Shown one piece after another: positions 44,969-54,583 of a stretch of 64,000 bases of DNA (positions are counted from its first letter, which is position 1; each line of letters opens with the position of its first letter). The translations under genes were made by a program, and so were the position numbers. Where the stretch lies: assembly GCA_964523765.1 (NCBI GenBank), contig CAZFZX010000005.1:329-64328 (forward strand), written 5' to 3'. Source of the DNA: an uncultured Enterobacteriaceae bacterium. Its GTDB lineage: Bacteria > Pseudomonadota > Gammaproteobacteria > Ga0077536. Under the pieces are notes generated by a model. That model ran no database searches, was not told where the DNA came from, and saw only the letters and a list, made by a program, of their open reading frames with translations.

Positions 44969-46396
44969 CTATTGACGATGCACCCAAGTGAGCAAGGCGT
45001 CTTGGATTTTCCGCCCCGGCCCCCGATGCACGTCCGTGTGGTTGATCATCAGCACGACCGAATAGGTAGTCCCGCTCGCGGCGACTACGTAACCGGCGAT
45101 CGCGGCGACGTCGTCCAGGCGGCCCGTCTTGAGGTGCATTCGACCGAACTCCGGCGGGTCGCGCAGTCGTCGTCGCGTAGTTCCGTCCAAGCCGTTGATG
45201 GATAGGGAGGCGATGAATTCCGGCATGTAGGGATCGCGATACGCGTGTCGCAATAGATCGTTCATCAATTCGGCCGTGACTCGCGTATTTCGGGACAGGC
45301 CGGAACCATTGTCGATCGTCAAGTCGGTGTCGTCGAGGTTGCTTTGCTTCAGGTAATCGCGCAGCACTTCGATCCCCTGTTCCTTTGTCACCGGCGGGTC
45401 GAACTTCGATACCGCGAGCGAATAGAGCAGCAAACGCGTCATCACGTTATTGCTCCACTTATTGACCGCTCGAATGATTTCGGCCAGCGGGGGCGATTGC
45501 CAGACAACGAGCGGCCGCTTTGTTGGTGGCGCCAGCCCCTGGCGGACCCCCCCCGAAATAGTGCCCCCCCAATGGCCCCACAGTCGCTGAAACGTTCCGA
45601 ATGCATAGGACGCGGGGCGTAACACGCTACGATGCAAAGAATGCGATCGGCAAGCCGATGGAAATGAGCCGGAAAAGACGACCCGATCGGCCGTGGCGGG
45701 CGCCGGGACGTCCATCTTTATGCCCATTTGGTAGCCGCGGCAGGGGCCCTTTTTTATCGATAGACGATTCGTAATGTCGAGATTGGGAAGCGCAGGGTTG
45801 ACACTGATTCGAACGGTCCGCCCGTCGCCGGTGGGGGTGAACTGAAATTCGACCGCCTGGAAATTGACCAGCGCCGCGTTCGGGATCACATTGTAGAGTC
45901 TGTATGGCTGGCGATCGAAAGCGGCGGGGTCCAACGTCGGTATCGAGAAGTGGGAATCGTCGATCACGAGGTCGCCATTGATGGTATCGATACCGCGGGA
46001 GCGAAGTGCGCCCAGCATCTTCCAGAACTCTTCGACGACCAGATAAGGGTCGCCGTACCCTTTCATAAGGAGACTGCCGTCGAGCACGCCATCCTTTATC
46101 GGTCCGAGCGCGTAAAGCTTCGTCGGCCAGGTATACGTTGGACCGAGTACATCCAAAGCGACGAAAGTCGTCAATAGTTTGATGGTACTGGCCGGATTGC
46201 GCGGGCGCTTGGGATTGATATTCAACAAAGGAGTCGCCGAAGCGACGTCCTGAACGATCAGGCTGAACGAACCGTCCGGGATCTTGTAAGCGTCGATGGT
46301 CTTGCGCACCGGAACTGGGACGTTCTCGACAGCGGCCGCGATGGGGATCCAAAACGCCCACAGGAGGGCGCCCACTAGAAACCAGGTTTTAGACAT
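44969..46396 (-). CDS. dacB: D-alanyl-D-alanine carboxypeptidase/endopeptidase (PBP4 family)
   Basis: 475 aa. Signal peptide, SxxK (PASTIKLLT), SNN (KWSNNVMT) and KTG (LKTGRL) motifs. Confidence 0.85.
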   Translation of the reverse strand: MSKTWFLVGALLWAFWIPIAAAVENVPVPVRKTIDAYKIPDGSFSLIVQDVASATPLLNINPKRPRNPASTIKLLTTFVALDVLGPTYTWPTKLYALGPIKDGVLDGSLLMKGYGDPYLVVEEFWKMLGALRSRGIDTINGDLVIDDSHFSIPTLDPAAFDRQPYRLYNVIPNAALVNFQAVEFQFTPTGDGRTVRISVNPALPNLDITNRLSIKKGPCRGYQMGIKMDVPAPATADRVVFSGSFPSACRSHSLHRSVLRPASYAFGTFQRLWGHWGGTISGGVRQGLAPPTKRPLVVWQSPPLAEIIRAVNKWSNNVMTRLLLYSLAVSKFDPPVTKEQGIEVLRDYLKQSNLDDTDLTIDNGSGLSRNTRVTAELMNDLLRHAYRDPYMPEFIASLSINGLDGTTRRRLRDPPEFGRMHLKTGRLDDVAAIAGYVVAASGTTYSVVLMINHTDVHRGPGRKIQDALLTWVHRQ

Positions 46397-46484
46397 CGTA
46401 CATCAGCCGGTGCAAAGCGATGAATTGACGACGGCGCGGATCCGTGTCGCCTCACCCCGCGATAATGCGACATGACAATCCTGT

Positions 46485-46916
46485 TCAAGTATTTTGATCT
46501 GGCCGGTCCTCCGGTTCCCGTGATAATCGATTTAAATAGCGGTTCAAACGGTCGCGGCGAAAGCGTTCGAGCCGCCATGGTTCCTCGCTAACGCGATGTC
46601 GGAAAGTAGCGGCGACGACGTAGGCGTAGGCACTACGGTGCGAGCTGGCCGAGAGTGTCACTTCGACCAGGCGACGCTCGTACAGATGCGACTCGAAGTT
46701 GTCCAATCGATCCCACTCGGTCGGCTCGATACCGGCGAACAGGCTACCGTGCGTATTCGTTCCCTGTTGTTGCACGATCGCCGGATAAGCGGCGCGACGT
46801 ACCCGGTAGCAGGCGTATCCAGGTAAGACCGCCGGGTCTCCCTCGACGGCACGGCCGATGACGGCCCCTCGTAACTCCGGCGCGAGCAAGGTGCCATAAG
46901 CGAACAATCGATCCAT
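46485..46916 (-). CDS. gamma-glutamylcyclotransferase-like (AIG2/GGCT fold) protein
   Basis: 143 aa with the N-terminal LFAYGTLL motif. Confidence 0.65.
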   Translation of the reverse strand: MDRLFAYGTLLAPELRGAVIGRAVEGDPAVLPGYACYRVRRAAYPAIVQQQGTNTHGSLFAGIEPTEWDRLDNFESHLYERRLVEVTLSASSHRSAYAYVVAATFRHRVSEEPWRLERFRRDRLNRYLNRLSREPEDRPDQNT

Positions 46917-46922
46917 TGGATC

Positions 46923-47074
46923 CTAAATGAGTGTTCCGAAATACGAATCAGTTTGGGATCGGTGACCGACGATCATACGCCGTCACCGTCATACCGGGCT
47001 TGCGACCGCAAGTCCGGGGTGACCACTGCTGGTGCAACTACGAAAGTGAAGCATTTTTCGGAACACCTATTTAG
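46923..47074. mobile_element. MITE-like element, family A copy 7 (complete, variant terminal repeats)
   Basis: TIRs ctaaatgagtgttccgaaat / atttttcggaacacctatttag. Interior shares the gtcaccgtcataccgggctt and aagtccggggtgac modules. Confidence 0.7.
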
Positions 47075-47084
47075 CCGGCGGTCG

Positions 47085-48299
47085 TCAGATAACGCCATTT
47101 TCGCGGAGTTCTGATTGTTCGTCTTCCGACAGTCGTAATATTTGCGAGAATACTTCGTCGTTATGGGAGCCGACGGCGGGTCCCGGCCAGTCAGTGGAGC
47201 CCGGCGTTTCCGACAAACGCGGTACGAGCGCGGGGATCGTCAGCGGTTCGCCATTTACCGTGACCCGTTGAAGCAAGCCCCGCGCCTCATACTGTGGGTC
47301 ATTGAAGATGTCTTCGACACTGTAGATCGGGCCGGCGGCGACGCCGGCGTCCTCTAGCCGAGCTAATGCCTCTGCCGCCGGGAACGATCCCGCCCAAGCC
47401 GCAATTCTCCCATCGATTTCGTCCTGATGCTCGACCCGGTTGTCGTTCGTCGAATACTTAGGGTCGTCACCTATCTCCGGCTGTCCCATGGTTTTCGCCA
47501 GTCGCTTGAACATCGATTCGGTGTTGGCCCCGATGACGATTAGTTTACCGTCGCCGCAGCGATAGGTATTCGACGGTACGATTCCAGTGATCGTTGATCC
47601 GGACGGTTCGCGGACGACCCCGGCGCCGTCATACTCAGGGACAACGCCTTCCAGCAGATTGAACACGGCCTCGAAAATAGCGACGTCGACGACCTGGCCT
47701 TTACCGTCTTCTTCGCGGCTACGGTCAATATAGGCGAGCAGGATCCCGAGCGCGGCATGGATCCCGGCCAGCGTATCCCCGATGCTCAGGTTTGGTCGGA
47801 TCGGGGCCTCGCCGGGAAGCCCGTTGACGTAGCGAAACCCGCCGAAGCCTTCACACACCGAAGCGAAGCCGGGTTTGGGTGCGGACGGACCGGTTTGGCC
47901 GTAGCCCGAAATGCGCGCGTAGATCAGTCCAGGGTTTGTCGGCTTGAATTCTTCTGGCCCCAGGCTCCACTGTTCCATCGTCCCGGGCCTGAAGTTTTCG
48001 ACAAGGATATCCGCCGTGTCGATGAGCGCGCGCATCAGTTCGCGCCCACGGGTGCTTTTGAGATCGAGCGTGACGCATTTTTTGTTGCGGGCGAGGCTCG
48101 ACCACCATAGCGACTGCCCATTCTTCAGTTTGCGCCAGCGCCGGATCGGATCACCGCTTCGTGGGGGCTCGACCTTGATCACTTCGGCGCCGAAATATCC
48201 GAGGATCGTACCGGCGAACGGACCGGCCAGAAGTTGTCCGGCTTCGATGACTCTCAGGCCGTGTAACGGGCGCCGTGCGGAATTATGCTTTGTCGTCAA
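47085..48299 (-). CDS. family III (CaiB/BaiF) CoA-transferase
   Basis: 404 aa. N-terminal LRVIEAGQLLAGPFAGTILGYFGAEVIKVEPP. Confidence 0.85.
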   Translation of the reverse strand: MTTKHNSARRPLHGLRVIEAGQLLAGPFAGTILGYFGAEVIKVEPPRSGDPIRRWRKLKNGQSLWWSSLARNKKCVTLDLKSTRGRELMRALIDTADILVENFRPGTMEQWSLGPEEFKPTNPGLIYARISGYGQTGPSAPKPGFASVCEGFGGFRYVNGLPGEAPIRPNLSIGDTLAGIHAALGILLAYIDRSREEDGKGQVVDVAIFEAVFNLLEGVVPEYDGAGVVREPSGSTITGIVPSNTYRCGDGKLIVIGANTESMFKRLAKTMGQPEIGDDPKYSTNDNRVEHQDEIDGRIAAWAGSFPAAEALARLEDAGVAAGPIYSVEDIFNDPQYEARGLLQRVTVNGEPLTIPALVPRLSETPGSTDWPGPAVGSHNDEVFSQILRLSEDEQSELRENGVI

Positions 48300-48360
48300 T
48301 GTAGTAGGGCCTGTTTACCGATATGCAGCGCGGCGGGGGTCTCCTCACCTCGCAGGGTCG

Positions 48361-48737
48361 CTATTTTGAGCGGGCAGAGCGGCCGGGTCCAGTCGTTAAC
48401 GCGAATGCGAAGGCCGCACCGAGGAGAATACCGCAAGCATTGGCAACTACATCGGCAATGGACGCGGTGCGATAAGGTAGTAGCGCCTGGCAGCATTCGA
48501 GCCCGGCGCCGAGGGTGAATAGCCTCAGTGCTCCCCGACCCAGGTCGAACGTGCCATGGCGACCGCGAACCAGGCTGTCAGCCCACCGTAGATTAGACCG
48601 TGGGCGAGCTTGTCGTCATAGCCTCCCGCGATCTGTAGCAGCGGCGCCGTCGGCACGAGTGAGAGCACGATTACCGCCGACACCATCAGCCAGCCGACCC
48701 GCCGATGGACGGTTGAGGACAGTAGGATCCTTCTCAA
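48361..48737 (-). pseudogene. VanZ-like membrane protein, apparently frameshifted
   Basis: The N-terminal 70 aa (DKLAHGLIYGGLTAWF) end at TGA 48525. A VanZ-like C-terminal part (RTASIADVVANACGILLGAAFAF) continues in another frame down to TAG 48361. Confidence 0.45.
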
Positions 48738-48778
48738 AAACTACACCCGGCGCTAGCGTGGATAATTTTGAGATCGCT

Positions 48779-49180
48779 CTAGTCGGTGTTCTCGACGATG
48801 TAGCGAAACAGGTCGGATTCCGAAAGCAGGCCGCAAAGCTCACCTTCCTCATCCACAACCGGTAACCCGCTGACCTTGAGCTGCAGCATCGTCTGTGCGG
48901 CCAGCCCCAGGGTCGCGCTTATCGGGATCGTCACGGGCGCCGGCGTCATCAGCGTCGCGACCTGCGTCTGCCGCATGTCATCAACGGTGCCGGCCGTTGC
49001 AGTCGCTTTGACGGCGCGAAGATCGCCGAGCGTCAGGACGCCCGTCAACCGGCCGTCGTCGACGACGGCAAGCCGTCTGATACCGTGCCGGTCCAGCAGC
49101 GTTTCGGCTTCATCCAGGGTCGCCTCCGAGCCAATGGAGACGACGGTCTGCGTCATCCAGTCTGCGACTAAATCTGTCAT
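48779..49180 (-). CDS. CBS-pair domain protein
   Basis: Two CBS motifs (VVSIGSEATLDEAETLLDRHGIRRLAVVDDGRLTGVLT and VTIPISATLGLAAQTMLQLKVSGLPVVDEEGELCGLLS). Start is set at MTDLV. Confidence 0.75.
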   Translation of the reverse strand: MTDLVADWMTQTVVSIGSEATLDEAETLLDRHGIRRLAVVDDGRLTGVLTLGDLRAVKATATAGTVDDMRQTQVATLMTPAPVTIPISATLGLAAQTMLQLKVSGLPVVDEEGELCGLLSESDLFRYIVENTD

Positions 49181-49301
49181 CGTGTTACCTCGTGCCGAGC
49201 TTCGAGCGGCATTTTCTCGCACTTGAGCAGCGACACACTATACTTTATGCCGCCTCTAGCCTGGTTGGAGAATTTAACCCATAGCGCCGATACCTTGAAT
49301 C

Positions 49302-50462
49302 ATGAAAGCGGGGAAAATGCGGATTTCATCGAAAATTACCCTATTTGGCCCGATTTGGCTGGTATTGGGGCTAACGTGGTATCACGCCGCAGCATCCGAT
49401 TTCAGCGGCGGGGTTGCCGCCTACAAACGCGGCGACTTCGCTGCTGCAATCGAGGTGTTTTCTGAGCTTTCGGCGACCGGCGACCCTCGAGCGCAGTTCG
49501 CATTGGGGCTGATATACGACAACGGAGAAGGCGTGGCGAGAGACCGTGCGAGCGCGAAGAACTGGTACACCAAGAGCGCAGAACAGGGGTATGCGAAAGC
49601 TCAGTATAACCTGGCTTTACTGCATCGCGACGGCGCGGATTTCGATGCCGACGAGGACTTGGCGCGCCGCTGGTTCATTCGCGCCGCCGAATCGGGAAAC
49701 GCCGATGGTGTGGCGCGGTTGCGAAAATACGCCGAGAGCGGCGACGTGGAGGCGCAGTTCCGTCTAGGACGGATGTACCTGCGGGCGCAACGGGTGCCCC
49801 GGAACCCGGCCGAGGGGTTCCACTGGGTACGCCTGGCGGCCGAAGCCGCGCACCCTCAAGCGTGCTACACCCTCGGAGTACTGTTTGAGGATGGCCGGGG
49901 TGCGAATCGTTCCGATCTCGACGCGGCGAAGTGGTATCAGGCCGCAGCCGACCACGGTCTTGCGGAAGCGTTCTACAATCTAGCGCGGCTGTATCGTCTG
50001 GGCCGAGGCGTCGTTCGTGATCTGGAGCGGGCTAGAACCTTGTACGAACGTGCGGCAGAAGCTGGTCTCGAGGAAGCACAATTGGCGCTCGCAATGTTAT
50101 ACGAGGCGGGCCAGGGTTGGCCGACGGATCCGGCCAGAGCTTTGCACTGGTATCGGGTTGCGGCCGAGGAGGGTAACTCCGATGCGCAGGTAAACCTCGG
50201 TTTCCTTTATGCCCAGGGGATCGGCGTGGCGAAAGACTTGGTTCAATCCTACGCTTGGTACACGCTGGCTGCGGCGTCCGGGCACCCGTTGGCGACGCCA
50301 AACCTCGCGGTTCTCGAACCGGGCTTATCGCCCGCACAAATCGAAGCGGCGCGTAACCGCGCCCCGGGGCTCCTAAGCAACCGAAAGCTATCGATCGCCG
50401 GCGGCCGGGACGGCGCAGCTGAAACGAGTCTGGCCCGCAGTTCTCACCCACCGACGCGATGA
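49302..50462 (+). CDS. Sel1-like repeat (SLR/TPR) protein, secreted
   Basis: 386 aa. Signal or anchor helix, then about 8 Sel1 repeats (e.g. A.NWYTKSAEQGYAKAQYNLALLH). Confidence 0.8.
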   Translation: MKAGKMRISSKITLFGPIWLVLGLTWYHAAASDFSGGVAAYKRGDFAAAIEVFSELSATGDPRAQFALGLIYDNGEGVARDRASAKNWYTKSAEQGYAKAQYNLALLHRDGADFDADEDLARRWFIRAAESGNADGVARLRKYAESGDVEAQFRLGRMYLRAQRVPRNPAEGFHWVRLAAEAAHPQACYTLGVLFEDGRGANRSDLDAAKWYQAAADHGLAEAFYNLARLYRLGRGVVRDLERARTLYERAAEAGLEEAQLALAMLYEAGQGWPTDPARALHWYRVAAEEGNSDAQVNLGFLYAQGIGVAKDLVQSYAWYTLAAASGHPLATPNLAVLEPGLSPAQIEAARNRAPGLLSNRKLSIAGGRDGAAETSLARSSHPPTR

Positions 50463-50516
50463 CCGCACAACCCATTGGAGCGAGCGAGGGTAATTCGCCC
50501 CGGCGAGAAATGCGGG

Positions 50517-50670
50517 CTCCTATAGAGGTTTACACAAAGACCGAACACCTGTGCACCGTAGGTTGGGTTAGGCTTGATCAGCGCCGTAACCCAACGATTC
50601 GGCCACCGTGTTGGGTTACGCCCTGCGGGCTAACCCAACCTACAGTGTTCACGAATTATGAAAGTCTCAG
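50517..50670. mobile_element. MITE-like element, family B long form, copy 4
   Basis: Near-identical to 32387..32537. It lies between convergent genes, and its right end contains the ubiA stop codon. Confidence 0.75.
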
Positions 50671-51551
50671 TAGGAGCCGGACATTAGTCCGTAGCTTCCG
50701 GCGATACCGGCAAAAACGACTGCCCCGTACCAGTTGTTGTTCATGAATGCGTCGAAGCATTTTTCCGGTGTTCGGTCGTGGATCAGATACTGTTGATAGG
50801 CGGCCATGCCGGCGCATACGAGCAAGGCGACGACATACGGCCACCCGAGCCGCGCTTCGCGTCCGATTATTGCCAGGCCGAAGAGCATCATGCACTGGAA
50901 CGCGGCGATGAATGTGCGATCGGCGTCGTCGAATAGTATCGCCGTTGACTTCATCCCCAGCCTCAGGTCATCGTCGCGGTCTACCATCGCGTATTCCGTG
51001 TCATAGATCATCGCCCAGAGAACCGCGGCAGCCATCACCGCCCACGTGATATTCGGTAGCGAATTTGTTTGGGCGGCGAATGCCATTGGTACGCCCCAAC
51101 CAAATGCTACTCCGAGAAATATCTGTGGGATGTAAGTGTGCCGTTTCATAAACGGGTAAATAATCGCGAGCGCGACACCGCCGAAGGCCAATTCTATGGT
51201 GAGACGATTCATCGTCAGCACCAACGTCGCTGATACGGCGACGAGCGCCGCGAACAAAACCAGGGCTTCCGTCGCCGATACGGTTTCGGTCGCGAATGGT
51301 CGGTCTTTCGTTCGTTCTACATGAGCGTCGATGTTGCGGTCGGCATAATCATTGATCACGCAGCCGGCCGAGCGCATGCTGAGTGTTCCCAAAAGGAATA
51401 CCGCCAACACCTGAAGGTCGGGAACCCCGGCCGCCGCTATCCAAAGGGCCCACAATACTGGCCACAACAATAGCAACGTGCCGATCGGCCGGTGTAGTCG
51501 CATCAAACGCCCGTAGGCTTGGGCGCGATCGATCAGATGATCCCAGTCCAT
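50667..51551 (-). CDS. ubiA: 4-hydroxybenzoate polyprenyltransferase
   Basis: RLMRLHRPIGTLLLLWP and the NDYADRNID Asp-rich motif. Start is set at MDWDHL; the longer ORF in the track runs into a repeat. Confidence 0.85.
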   Translation of the reverse strand: MDWDHLIDRAQAYGRLMRLHRPIGTLLLLWPVLWALWIAAAGVPDLQVLAVFLLGTLSMRSAGCVINDYADRNIDAHVERTKDRPFATETVSATEALVLFAALVAVSATLVLTMNRLTIELAFGGVALAIIYPFMKRHTYIPQIFLGVAFGWGVPMAFAAQTNSLPNITWAVMAAAVLWAMIYDTEYAMVDRDDDLRLGMKSTAILFDDADRTFIAAFQCMMLFGLAIIGREARLGWPYVVALLVCAGMAAYQQYLIHDRTPEKCFDAFMNNNWYGAVVFAGIAGSYGLMSGSY

Positions 51552-51604
51552 TGTTGCGGCAATTGTGAAAACCCAGATTTGCTTGGTAGTGGAAGATACA
51601 TCCC

Positions 51605-51779
51605 GTCCGTTCCATAACATCGATGACTTCCGTCATGCCGGATTCGCGCCGGCTTGGCGGTCGGCTAGGATTGCTCCTGCAATCCTTTTGCATTTCCTAC
51701 GTCCCCGTAGGTCACAAGTCCGGGGTGACGATAGTCGGACCTGCGCACAACGTGAGGCGCGTTCCGGACGGTCTCCTAG
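51605..51779. repeat. family A repeat copy 8
   Basis: catcgatgacttccgtcatgccgg...gctaggattgctcctgcaatcc...aagtccggggtgacg...cgtgaggcgcgttccggacggtctcctag. Collinear with copy 1 and carries the same extra module as copy 5. Confidence 0.65.
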
Positions 51780-51954
51780 CCTGCAATATTCATGAACCCA
51801 CGGCTGCGGACGCGGATCTGCCTGCATCTACGGCGTTGCGCGAACAAATCTGCGCTCAACGTACAGACAGTACGTCTTCGCGCAGATTTCCCCGCGCGCC
51901 TTGTATCTACAGGCATTTCCACGCCCTCGCTCGCGCGTTCATGAATAATGCAGG

Positions 51955-54042
51955 CTAGACGTTGCCGTATTCTATCCGATCCGTAAGCCACCGCCCGATG
52001 ATCTTGTCGACGACCGCGGGTTCCCGGCTGAGCAACTCCTCGGCGGTGCGCTGGATCAGGGGCAGCAGGGCGTGGTCTCTCGGCAGTTCCGCGATGCGGT
52101 ATTCGGATGCGCCTGTTTGCTTGGTTCCGAGCACCTCGCCGGGGCCGCGCAGTACCAGATCTCTCTCGGCGATGACAAATCCGTCCGTCGTTTCGCGCAC
52201 CGCCTGGAGGCGACTTTTAGCGGTGTCACTCAATGGTGTCTTGTATAGCAGTAGGCAATCCGAGGCCTCGGCACCGCGGCCTACGCGGCCGCGTAGTTGA
52301 TGCAACTGGGACAGACCGAGCCGCTCGGCGTTTTCGATGACCATCAGACTCGCGTTCGGGACGTCTACCCCGACCTCGATCACGGTCGTGGCGACCAGTA
52401 GATCCAATTCGTGAGCCGCGAATGCCCGCATCACTTCGGACTTTTCCTTTTCGGAGAGACGGCCGTGAACGAGGCTTATCCTTAAATCCGGTAGTGCTTC
52501 TACAAGGCGCGCGAGAGTGTCGGTTGCGGCCTGGGCCTCGAGTAGATCGGATTCGTCTATCAACGGGCACACCCAGTAAGCTTGGCGGTTACTCGCGCAC
52601 GCGTGCGCTATTCGCTGCACGACTTCGTCACGGCGCGAATCCGGGATCACCGCAGTTCGCGCGGGTTTTCGATTTGGCGGTAGTGCGTCCAATACCGATA
52701 CGTCGAGGTCGGCATACGCCGTCATCGCCAGGGTTCTCGGGATTGGTGTCGCGGTCATGATCAATTGATGGGGCCGCAGCGGGCCGCCAGTGCCCTTGTC
52801 CCTCAAAGCCAGCCGCTGATGAACGCCAAAGCGATGCTGTTCGTCGACGATGATCAACCCCAGTTTGGGGTATTCGACGTCATCCTGAAATAGCGCGTGC
52901 GTGCCGACGATGAGACAAGGGTTACCGAGGGCGATCCGTTCGATGACCGACCGGCGTTGTTTCGCGCTTAGTCGACCCGTAAGCGTTAGAACCTCGATGC
53001 CGAGCGGCGCGTACCAACGCTCGAAGTTGCCGCGGTGTTGATCCGCCAATAGTTCCGTCGGCGCCATTATCGTGGCCTGGGTTTTGCTTGCCACGGCGTT
53101 GAGAGCGATCGCGGCGGCGACGGCGGTTTTTCCCGATCCGACATCTCCCTGCAGCAGTCTGAGCATCGGCGCCGCCGCAGCCAGATCGCTATCGATCTCG
53201 GCGATAACGCGCTTTTGCGGCCCTGTTAGAGAGAATCCCAAACCCTCCAGGAATCTCCTGCGCAGAGCCGCCGGTCGTTTCAGACGCGGTGCGGTATGGG
53301 TCCGGATCCGTCGGCGGCGCTGCTTCAGGCTGAGTTGATGCGCGAGCAGTTCTTCGAACGCCAGCCGTTGTTGTGCTGGATGCGTTCCGTCCAGCAACTC
53401 CTCAACCGCGGCATCGGGGGGCGGCCGATGGAGGTAATGGAGAGCGAATTCCAGCGATGGCAACTCGAGTTGCTCGCGGATCCGGGCAGGAATGAAATCC
53501 GGGATCGCGCTTTCGGTATTTCGATTCAATAACGGGACGCATTGGTCTATGAGTTTGCGGAGTCGCGGCTGGTGGAGGCCTTCGGTCGTCGGATAGATCG
53601 GCGTCAGGCATTCTTCCATCGGCAACGGTGTGTCCGGGTCAACGACTTGACACTCCGGGTGGATCATTTCCAGGGATTGCGCGCCGCGTCTGATTTCGCC
53701 GTAGCAGCGGAAGCCGCGGCCGCGGGCGAAGCGATTTTGCTGCGCACGATTGAAATGAAAAAATCGCAAAACAATCGCGCCGGTTCCGTCGCTGATTCGA
53801 ACGACGAGTGCGCGCCGCCGGCCGTAAGTTACCTGCGCTAAGTCGACGAGACCTTCGACAACGGCTTCCGCGCCCGGAACGAGGCGACCGATCGCCGTTT
53901 TTCTGGTTCGGTCCTGGTAACGCAGCGGTAAGTGAAACAGGAGATCCCGGATGGAAGTGATATGAAGGCGAGCCAGTTTCTCCGTCAGGCTGGGGCCGAC
54001 GCCCTTAAGGACGCTTACGGTGTCGTCGAGGTTAACCGGCAT
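51955..54042 (-). CDS. recG: ATP-dependent DNA helicase RecG
   Basis: 695 aa. Wedge domain N-terminus (LKGVGPSLTEKLARLHITSIRDLLFHLPLRYQDRT), Walker A GDVGSGKT, and DEQHRFG. Confidence 0.95.
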   Translation of the reverse strand: MPVNLDDTVSVLKGVGPSLTEKLARLHITSIRDLLFHLPLRYQDRTRKTAIGRLVPGAEAVVEGLVDLAQVTYGRRRALVVRISDGTGAIVLRFFHFNRAQQNRFARGRGFRCYGEIRRGAQSLEMIHPECQVVDPDTPLPMEECLTPIYPTTEGLHQPRLRKLIDQCVPLLNRNTESAIPDFIPARIREQLELPSLEFALHYLHRPPPDAAVEELLDGTHPAQQRLAFEELLAHQLSLKQRRRRIRTHTAPRLKRPAALRRRFLEGLGFSLTGPQKRVIAEIDSDLAAAAPMLRLLQGDVGSGKTAVAAAIALNAVASKTQATIMAPTELLADQHRGNFERWYAPLGIEVLTLTGRLSAKQRRSVIERIALGNPCLIVGTHALFQDDVEYPKLGLIIVDEQHRFGVHQRLALRDKGTGGPLRPHQLIMTATPIPRTLAMTAYADLDVSVLDALPPNRKPARTAVIPDSRRDEVVQRIAHACASNRQAYWVCPLIDESDLLEAQAATDTLARLVEALPDLRISLVHGRLSEKEKSEVMRAFAAHELDLLVATTVIEVGVDVPNASLMVIENAERLGLSQLHQLRGRVGRGAEASDCLLLYKTPLSDTAKSRLQAVRETTDGFVIAERDLVLRGPGEVLGTKQTGASEYRIAELPRDHALLPLIQRTAEELLSREPAVVDKIIGRWLTDRIEYGNV

Positions 54043-54176
54043 CTTTCAGTAGGCGCGCCCAGTGGCGTTCGTAGGAGCGATGGTCACGCAATAGACGGAC
54101 ATTTTGCGCATCGGCGCCAAAGCTTGCCTGCAACGGAGAGACGCGGGTCGGGGCATCCGCGACCGGGCGGTTGGTT

Positions 54177-54563
54177 TCAGTCGGCGAACGACAGGACGGC
54201 GTCCATTTCGACTTCCGCGCCCTTTGGCAGCGCGGCGACGCCGACGGCGGCGCGCGCAGGGTAGGGCTCGGCGAAGAATTCCGCCATCGTTTCATTGACC
54301 GCGGCGAAATTGGTCAGATCGGTCAGGTACACGTTTAGTTTGACCACGTCAGCCAGGCTTCCGCCAGCCGCTTGAGCCACGGCTTCGAGATTCTCGAATA
54401 CCTGGCGGATCTGCGCTTCTATATCGCCCGTCACCAGCGTCATCGTCTCCGGTACCAGCGGGATTTGACCGGATAGGTATACGGTGTCACCGGAACGGAT
54501 CGCTTGCGAATAGGTCCCGATGGCACGTGGCGCCCGGTTCGTTGCAATCGTTTGCCTGCCCAT
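54177..54563 (-). CDS. ridA: RidA/YjgF-family reactive intermediate deaminase
   Basis: 128 aa with [12 protein letters not shown]...YLSGQIP...PARAAV. Confidence 0.85.
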   Translation of the reverse strand: MGRQTIATNRAPRAIGTYSQAIRSGDTVYLSGQIPLVPETMTLVTGDIEAQIRQVFENLEAVAQAAGGSLADVVKLNVYLTDLTNFAAVNETMAEFFAEPYPARAAVGVAALPKGAEVEMDAVLSFAD

Positions 54564-54583
54564 TCCTTACACTCCGTTCGCGG

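Noticed and set aside
1721-51779. The dispersed hairpin repeats as a possible CRISPR array.
   Set aside because: The copies are kilobases apart, differ in length and orientation, have no regular repeat-spacer periodicity, and no cas genes are present.
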